Source: Macrostomum lignano (lineage: Eukaryota). Taken from it: 19,336 nucleotides of DNA. The position numbers and the translations under genes were made by a program. Below the pieces are notes generated by a model. That model ran no database searches, was not told where the DNA came from, and worked only from the letters and a program-made list of their open reading frames with translations. Below are positions 11,001 to 18,044 of this stretch, one piece after another. The stretch covers positions 1 through 19,336 of the forward strand of contig NIVC01005235.1 in NCBI GenBank assembly GCA_002269645.1, read 5' to 3'. Positions within the stretch are counted from its first letter, which is position 1. Each line of letters opens with the position of its first letter.

Positions 11001-12047
11001 TTTTTTTCGCTGGGACCTTCGAAATTATTCCCCTTTAAGATAAAATAGCATTCGCCGCTTTGGCTTAACTTAACTTTTTTTAAGCTTAACTTTTCTTAAG
11101 GCAACCCATTTTTTCAACAAATATATGCTTTGCTATCTAAAATTAGTCACATGCCTTAAACTCATTTCTAACTCTTCGAATGGTTCGATTAGCCGTGTAG
11201 AATCTGTAAACAGTATAAATAAATGTTAATTGCAATGCGGGAGAATCCAGCAAATTTTATCTTAAGTGGCCTTCAAAACTTTTTTCCCATGAAACGTGAG
11301 TGTCGCGTTCTGTATATACGTTGCTTTAGTTGTTCTTCATTACACCTTAATACATTGTCTCGTTAGTTCAATAGCTTTCTGGGTATTCGATAAATTAAAG
11401 TTAATTTGGCTTTACCGGCTAAACTCGCACGCCGCCAGTAGGCACCGTTGCACAGCTGCACGGCGCAGCCAATCCTGCTGGTGGCGGCGTGTACAAGCTG
11501 CAAATAGTGACCGCAGGTTGTAAAAAACGGATACTTCGCGCCGCTACACTGGCCAGTCGAATAGTTGTAGTTCTCTCGCTCCAGAACATGAAGGCCAGAA
11601 TGTGCTGGAAGTTGCGACTGCCACCGCGGTACAAAATTTCGCCCAGCGAAGCGTACGGGCCGCTGTAGTTGTGCTCAAACAGGCACCTGTTGGCCGCTTG
11701 TTGAGCCAGCATCTCCAAGTTTGTGTCCCAGAGCTAGTTAGAGAAAACAGACTAACGTAAAGAAGTGGGCCGGCTTGTTGGGCCAAGTGTCGGGTTTACT
11801 TTCTGAATTGACACACTTCATCACATTTCATTTTGGTCTATGACAATGTCCTATGCAGCTTTGACGCGATGGTACTCACCAAGCCGTTCATATCGGAAGC
11901 TTTCGGCACCGTGTTCCGCCTAAGATAATTGGCAAAGTCCAGAGTACTAGCCTTCTCATCATCTGTGAGCATCTGACACCTAACACTGTGTGAAACTAGC
12001 AACAGCAAGGAGGAAGTGAAAAGCACTCCAATCATATGCCTATTCAT
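8014..12047 (-). CDS. Secreted CAP/SCP-EGF-EGF protein, paralog B; 8 exons, ~434 aa if two 1-nt deletions in exon 2 are corrected (pseudogene or assembly error)
   Basis: Exons (minus): 12047-11880, 11733-11416, 10638-10505, 10415-10320, 10226-10083, 9463-9375, 9295-9061, 8132-8014. Same intron phases as A, and exons 3-6 have identical lengths (134/96/144/89 nt). Frameshifts at ~11585 (ATG TT-CTG GAG vs A ATG TTT CTG GAG) and ~11438 (TAC -TG GCG vs A TAC CTG GGC). An alternative start is the ATG at 12035. Confidence 0.85.
8795..8820. repeat. Short hairpin GGCCGTGT-N10-ACACGGCC in intron 7 of paralog B
   Basis: Perfect 8-bp stem adjacent to CTAG (8791-8794); possibly a rolling-circle element end on the minus strand. 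Confidence 0.5.
10921..11310. mobile_element. MITE/foldback-like remnant in intron 2 of paralog B
   Basis: Perfect 16-bp inverted repeat GTTTTGAAGGCCACTT (10948-10963) / AAGTGGCCTTCAAAAC (11264-11279) with imperfect outward extension, plus a second pair TTAAGATAAAAT (11035-11046) / ATTTTATCTTAA (11254-11265). The intron is 777 bp versus 166 bp in paralog A. Confidence 0.5.
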
Positions 12048-12173
12048 TTTCCTTTTAGGTGCGTTTGAACAGCTGCTAAGACCGGATATAAACTCTCCTT
12101 GGCGACGGCGAAATGCCACCGTTTTTTAACTTGCAAAAATGAAAGTGAACCCTAAGGATTTTTTCTGGCCAAA

Positions 12174-12181
12174 TATTTATA
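12174..12181 (-). promoter_or_regulatory. Possible TATA box (TATAAATA) of CAP gene B
   Basis: Good consensus ~127 nt upstream of the ATG at 12047; motif match only. Confidence 0.35.
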
Positions 12182-12554
12182 CTCTATCTATAGTTCTATG
12201 TTACACATACAGCTGTGAGGTCTCTTCGTTCTTAATTTGCTAGTGCACCTGTCGCTTTTTGTTGCCTTCAATGAGCGATATTGAGTTAAAGGCAAAATTC
12301 TTTGATATACCACCACAAATATAGATCGATGATTTTCTCATTTGCTCAGCCATTTTCGCCTTCCAATTTGTAACTGTTTAGGAAGATTTTACTCTTGCCC
12401 TGTCTACAAGTCTTCCTCTCGGTCTCTCACTTTATATTTTATTTTTACAATGTGTTGTCTCCCCGTGTCTAGGTTCCCATTCGCAAGTCCCACTTAAGGA
12501 GTGTAACTACTCCCTAAATCTCACTTTTCTCTCTCTCTCCATGTTTCTTTCCTT

Positions 12555-13460
12555 CCGGTCCCTGAATCTCACCTCTCTTTCTGTCCATTTTCACTCCCGG
12601 TCCCTGAATCTCACCTTTCTTTCCTCCATGTTCACTCCTCGGTCCCTGAATCTCAACATTTCTCCCACTCCATGTTCACTCCCCGGTCCCTGAATCTCAA
12701 CATTTCTCCCACTCCATGTTCACTCCCCGGTCCCTGAATCTCATTTCTCCCACTCCATGTTCACTCCCCGGTCCCTGAATCTCAACATTTCTCCCACTCC
12801 ATGTTCACTCCCCGGTCCCTGAATCTAACATTTCTCCCACTCCATGTTCACTCCCCGGTCCCTGAATCTCAACATTTCTCCCACTCCATGTTCACTCCCC
12901 GGTCCCTGAATCTCACATTTCTCCCTATCCATATTCACTTCCCAGTCCCTGAATCTCACATTTCTCCCTATCCATATTCACTTCCCAGTCCCTGAATCTC
13001 ACATTTCTCCCTATCCATGTTCACTCCCCGTCCCTGAATCTCAACATTTCTCCCACTCCATGTTCACTCCCCGGTCCCTGAATCTCAACATTTCTCCCAC
13101 TCCATGTTCACAATCGTAACATTTCACTCCCACTCCCCGGTCCCTGAATCTCAACATTTCTCCCACTCCATGTTCACTCCCGTCCCTGAATCTCACATTT
13201 CTCCCTATCCATATTCACTTCCCAGTCCCTGAATCTCACATTTCTCCCTATCCATGTTCACTCCCCGGTCCCTGAATCTCAACATTTCTCCCACTCCATG
13301 TTCACTCCCCGGTCCCTGAATCTCAACATTTCTCCCACTCCATGTTCAGTCCCCGGTCCCTGAATCTCACATTTCTCCCACTCCATGTTCACTTCCCAGC
13401 CCTGAATCTCACATTTCTCCCTATCCATATTCACTCCCCGGTCTCTGAATCCCACACTTC
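12555..13460 (+). repeat. ~44-bp pyrimidine-rich minisatellite (CCCCGGTCCCTGAATCTCAACATTTCTCCCACTCCATGTTCACT)n, ~20 copies
   Basis: Period of 44 measured at 12681/12725, with 41-43-bp variants. Ends ~60 bp before the MEIOB ATG. Confidence 0.95.
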
Positions 13461-13521
13461 TCCTATTGAAACTAGCGCCACTGTGTGTTGAATCACCCAG
13501 CAGCTGCTCGGCATTCCAGCC

Positions 13522-14017
13522 ATGTCCGACTTCCTGCGCCTGCCCGTGGACTGTCCGCATCGGTCCTTGGACTCGCTGACCCCCGACGCCACCCGGTTCA
13601 CAGTCCGCGGCCTGATCATCGCCAAGGACTCGCCCCGCCTTGTCAACACCCGCCAGGGCCGGCAGTCCAGCGTCCTGACGATCACGCTGCGCGACAGCCC
13701 CTCCGCCTACTGCCAGGTGTCCATCTGGGGCGACGACGGTCACGTGAGAACCGTGAGCCGCGACCACGCGCGCCTGGGCTCGGTGGTGGACATTGTCAAC
13801 GCCTCGGTCAGGCCGCCGCAAAACCCAGCTTATCGGGTCAGCGGCGGCCTGCCCTTCAGCCTCAGCGTCAGCGAGAACCGCGGCAGCGTTGTCTGCTGCC
13901 GCCTCATCGACCCCAGCGAGGTGACTGTGTTTGAACGGCTGCGCCGCCAGCTGCTGCGACCGGCATCCGAGCACGTGACGCTTGGCCAGGTGCGCACCTT
14001 AGCGACTACTGACTAAG

Positions 14018-14078
<61 letters not shown>

Positions 14079-16099
14079 GACTAACTAACTAACTAACTAA
14101 CTAACTAAATAACTAACTAAATAACTAACTAACTAACTAACTAACTAACTGACTAACTAACTAACTAACTAACTAACTGACTAACTAACTAACTGACTAA
14201 CTAACTAACTAACTAACTAACTAACCGAACGCCTTCTCCAGGCGCTTCGCTGCGCCACAGACCAGCCGCAGTACGCCAGCCTACTGGCGCTAATCCAGCG
14301 CGTCCACCGCCGCGCCAGCTCACTACGCGCGAGGGCCGCGACACCTGCCGGGCCCAGCTGATTTTATGCGACGCAACCTGCCGCTCGTTTCCCCTCACCT
14401 TCTGGGGGCCGGAGAACTGCGAGGCCGCTGCGGCGCTCCGACCCGGCCAGGTGGTCAGCGTGGTCGACTGCCGGGTGTCTTCGGCCGGCAGATTCCGCAG
14501 CGACGCCGCCGAGGGCACGGTCGACAAGCGCACCGTCCTGATCGTCGATCCGCTGTGCTCCGAGGCCGCCGCTCTGCTGTCTCAGGCGGCCGACCTGCTT
14601 GAGACTGGCGGCGATCTCGGCGCCGCAGCGGCAACTGCCAACAACGAGGAGATTGACGAGGATGTCACTGATGACGTCACCGAGCATGCCGGCCACGGAG
14701 CCCAGCGACATCTGCTGCATCAACAGCAGGTGGCTCCGCCGTTGCACGCGATCCACACCGTGCTGACGGCATTCAAGCTGTCCAGCTGCCCGCCGCCGGG
14801 TGTCGAGTACGCCATCGCCTTCGCCTGTCTCACGGAGTTGAACATCGGCAGCGCCGAGTCGCCGCCGATCTCCCTGCGCTGCACTGTGTGCGCCGGCCGA
14901 GCCGCGGAGCCGGCAGCAGCTGGTGGCCGCCAGGCCGGCTGCCAGAACACTGGTTGCGCTGGCGCCGCGATGCCGCCGACTGAAGTGGCCAGCGTTACTC
15001 TGGAGGCGGCCGATCACACCGGCACTTTTCATATGCGGGCGCAGGGACAGGTGCGCTTCGTGCTGCTTGCCGTCTATGAGTTGGTGTGTGGCGCTGGGGC
15101 CTGTTGGGGCAATATTTCAGAGCCTGTATGCTGTCGCAGAGTAGGGACTCTGGAGTGGGAGTCATGCGGGAGAGGGAGAGCGGGGAGATGGAGGATGGAG
15201 GAAACGGAGGAGAAGACGATTGAAAAGGAGAAAGGAGAGGGAGAAAAAATATGTGGAGATAGGGGATTCGGTAGAGAGGGGAGATGATAGAGAGGGAAAG
15301 ATGGTAGGGAGGGGGAGTTGGTAGAGAGGGGGAGACGGTAGAGAGGGGGTGACGGTAGAGAGGGGAGACGATAGGGAGGGGGAGACGGTAGGGAGGGGGA
15401 TACGGTAGAGAGGGGGAGACGGTAGAGAGGGAGAGACGGTAGGGAGGGGATACGGTAGAGAGGGGGAGACGGTAGAGAGGGGGAGACGGTAGAGAGGGGA
15501 GACGGTAGAGAGGGAGAGACGGTAGGGAGGGGGAGACGGTAGAGAGGGGAGACGGTAGGGAGGTGGAGACGGTAGAGAGGGGAGACGGTAGGGAGGGGGA
15601 GACGGTAGGGAGGGGGAGACGGTAGAGAGGGGGAGACGGTAGAGAGGGGGAGACGGTAGAGAGGGGGAGACGGTAGAGAGGGGGAGACGGTAGAGAGGGG
15701 GAGACGGTAGAGAGAGGGATACGATAGAGAGGGAAAGACGGTAGGGAGGGGAAGACGGTAGGGAGGGGAGGACGGTAGGAGGGGAGACGGTAGGGAGAGG
15801 AGACGGTATAGAAAGCAAACCAGCACCCCAGACTTCCATTCCCGATTCCCCTGATCCCTCCTGACCGCCCGCAGGTGCTGCTGCAGCTGTGCGGATTGGG
15901 CAGCCTGGATCAGCTGCGCTCAGCCAGCCAGGCGCACCTGTCCAGAGTCCGGTCCCGACTGCTGTTCACTCGGCTGAAGTTCTACGTTCGAGTGGTTCGA
16001 GCCACGCATCTGCAGCCCAGGCCGTGCATGCAGCTGCTGGCCTGTCAGCCAGTTGACACTCAGGAGCTCGCCCAGTGCCTGCGCTTGTCCGCGCTTTGA
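13522..16099 (+). CDS. MEIOB: Meiosis-specific OB-fold protein MEIOB (RPA1 paralog); 3 exons, ~500 aa after correcting one 1-nt deletion
   Basis: Exons 13522-13989, 14242-15050, 15875-16099; both donors CAG|GTGCGC, phase 0. Motifs recalled from vertebrate MEIOB: TLRDSPSAYCQVSIWG (~TIRDSPAHFVNAASWG), LSVSENRGSV (~LLSENHSTV), TLGQ, ASLLALIQRV (~INVLAAVKSV), QLILCDATCRSFPLTFWG, DKRTVLIVDP (~SKTIITTNPD), CxxC..CxxxC zinc site, ADHTGTF (~TDHTGTL), LLFTRLKFYV (~FLLERSKIYL). Frame switches by -1 at ~14304-14306. Confidence 0.9.
14013..14225 (+). repeat. (CTAA)n microsatellite, ~53 units, filling MEIOB intron 1
   Basis: Direct reading, with CTGA and ATAA variants. Intron 1 is 13990-14241. Confidence 0.97.
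15285..15810 (+). repeat. ~17-bp purine-rich minisatellite (GGTAGAGAGGGGGAGAC)n in MEIOB intron 2
   Basis: Direct reading; it produces the spurious S/P/L-rich minus-strand ORFs at 15074-15839. Confidence 0.95.
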
Positions 16100-16171
16100 T
16101 TGGGGCCACTTTTCATTTTGTTCAACTTTCTCCGCTGTTGCTAGCAGATTTAAAATCAACTGAATCAAACC

Positions 16172-16556
16172 CGCCCCTTACAGAGCCTGTTCCCTACAGG
16201 ATCCGCCCCCTTACAGAGCCTGTTCCCTACAGGATCCGCCCCCTTACAGAGCCTGTTCCCTACAGGATCCGCCCCTTACAGAGCCTGTTCCCTACAGGAT
16301 CCGCCCCCTTACAGAGCCTGTTCCCTACAGGATCCGCCCCCTTACAGAGCCTGTTCCCTACAGGATCCGCCCCCTTACAGAGCCTGTTCCCTACAGGATC
16401 CGCTCCCTTACAGAGCCTGTTCCCTACAGGATCCGCTCCCTTACAGAGCCTGTTCCCTACAGGATCCGCCCCTTACAGAGCCTGTTCCCTACAGGATCCG
16501 CCCCCTTACAGAGCCTGTTCCCTACAGGATCCGCTCCCTTACAGAGCCTGTTCTCT
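16172..16556 (+). repeat. 33-bp minisatellite (CCCCTTACAGAGCCTGTTCCCTACAGGATCCGC)n, ~11.5 copies, downstream of the MEIOB stop
   Basis: Direct reading; translates as an 11-aa LTEPVPYRIRP repeat, with one GGATCC per unit. Confidence 0.95.
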
Positions 16557-16943
16557 TTTACAGCCGTTATTTACAGACAAGTACAGTTTTTGTTTTAATT
16601 TTTACTCGTTAATTTCGGCATTGTTTGGCAAACTTTATAATTCCTGTTGTTTTTCCTGTTGTTTTACAGGTCGCTGCAATTCAAGTAAAATAAAAGCTGT
16701 TCTGCTGCTTATAGTCTTCTTTTAGACTCCGTTGTCACCGTTTTGATATATGGATTATTGTTTGTTTGCTTCTTATTCCCGTTCGGAAAATTCTATGGCC
16801 ATAGAAGAAGTGATGAATGATGAATGATCATGATCATTGTTTAGCAATTTGACGATCATTATTCACATTTTTAATGCAGAACAATCCATTACTACAAACA
16901 ATGCATTGTCTGTAGGATCGTCAAACAGAAAAACAATGCAAAG

Positions 16944-17027
16944 AATCAGCGGTCCCAGTGCGTGACAACGATTGTCTGGCGAGCGCCGGCGGCAGACAAT
17001 CGTTGTCACGCACTGGGACCGCTGATT
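16944..17027. repeat. Perfect 35-bp inverted repeat with a 14-nt loop
   Basis: AATCAGCGGTCCCAGTGCGTGACAACGATTGTCTG (16944-16978) and its exact reverse complement (16993-17027). Confidence 0.95.
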
Positions 17028-17104
17028 ATTTATCCATTGTACTGATACTTACACACGTTCACAATTGGAACAACTCTTGGTCATTTTTCCACAGTTTTCA
17101 AATA

Positions 17105-18044
17105 TAGCATTTTGCAGCCCATTGACATATGGCCAAGCATTCTTAAATGGATTTACTGCACGGCTTGGGATTTACTGCACAGTCGCGTTATCTATCTATG
17201 TCTATGGCTAAAACCAGAAGAATGCTTTGCTCATAAATCAATGAATCTATCACTAGGTTTCGAGTGCGTAAATAGTCTATGGCACGAGTGTGCGTTAATC
17301 TACCATTTGGGCTTACGCGCATTTAATTTAATCCAAGATACGTTTGCCAATGTAACAGAGCTTTTGTCTATGGTAGCAAGGCTGGCGCAGCGGCATTTAA
17401 TTTGGTCCAACAAGCATCTATTTGGTCCAAACACTCGTGAGCCATTGGCCTTCTCTCAACCGTCTGCAGGTTGTTGCGCACCGCTGGAATATCAGCGTCT
17501 CTACCAAAAGTTTTCAGTTGCTTTTCCAGAGCTCTGCTGATAGTCGAAATCTGATAACCAACTGGAGCTGTTCCCTCAACTTCTGCTGCATTTTCTGAAA
17601 CGTCAACAAAGGGTTCGTCTCCACTGCATCGAGTAGCAGTTGGACCTGAGGCTCTCGAGCAACTTTTCTTGGCGATTGCCACCCTTTCGCAGGCAATCTC
17701 TGCCGGCAGAGTTTCAACGCGCTGCTGGATGCTGTAAACCACCTTTTCTTTTACATTCAGCAACCTTGCAATGTCCTTTGGGTGTTCACCTCCGTCGAGT
17801 GCTTCGATCACAAGCCAATGACATTCGTTCAACAGCCTAGCATATGGTCCACAATTCTGGGACTGAGCTGCAAATGAACTAAATGGACCAAATTGATGCT
17901 TGTTGGACCAAATTAATGCTTGTTGGACCAAATTAAATGCCGCTGTGCCAGCCTTGCTACCATAGACAAAAGCTCCATTACTTTGACAAACATATCTTGG
18001 ATTAAATTCAATGCGCGTAAGCCCAAATGGGCTGCAAAACGCTA
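17105..18044 (-). mobile_element. Non-autonomous IS630/Tc1/mariner-superfamily DNA transposon with long TIRs
   Basis: TIRs 17107-17429 and 17884-18042 share a 139-bp core (~9 mismatches by manual count). TATA flanks both ends (17103-17106, 18043-18046), consistent with a TA or TATA target duplication. The interior encodes a transposase N-terminus. Confidence 0.8.
17430..17843 (-). pseudogene. Truncated, frameshifted IS630/Tc1-like transposase (N-terminal HTH region only, no DDE domain)
   Basis: Reconstruction across four -1 shifts (~17842, 17709, 17671, 17551): MARLLNECHWLVIEALDGGEHPKDIARLLNVKEKVVYSIQQRVETxAGRDCLRKGGNRPRKVAREPQVQLLLDAVETNPLLTFQKMQQKLREQLQLVIxISTISRALEKQLKTFGRDADIPAVRNNLQTVERR. 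This has HTH1, a KGGNR linker, HTH2 (ISTISRAL) and a P..RN motif typical of IS630-like transposases. Confidence 0.75.

Noticed and set aside
13279-15032. Long antisense ORFs (231, 222, 106 aa) over MEIOB exons
   Set aside because: These are shadows of GC-rich coding sequence with few stops; no independent homology was recognised.
15151-15161. TGGAGTGGGAG in intron 2 matching the reverse complement of the upstream 44-bp unit (possible long-range pairing)
   Set aside because: Only 11 bp between two low-complexity purine/pyrimidine tracts; compatible with chance.
15074-16725. Pro/Ser-rich 250- and 225-aa ORFs and the 216-aa ORF at 16075-16725 as extensin/mucin-like genes
   Set aside because: They are translations of the 17-bp and 33-bp minisatellites in a MEIOB intron and 3' region.
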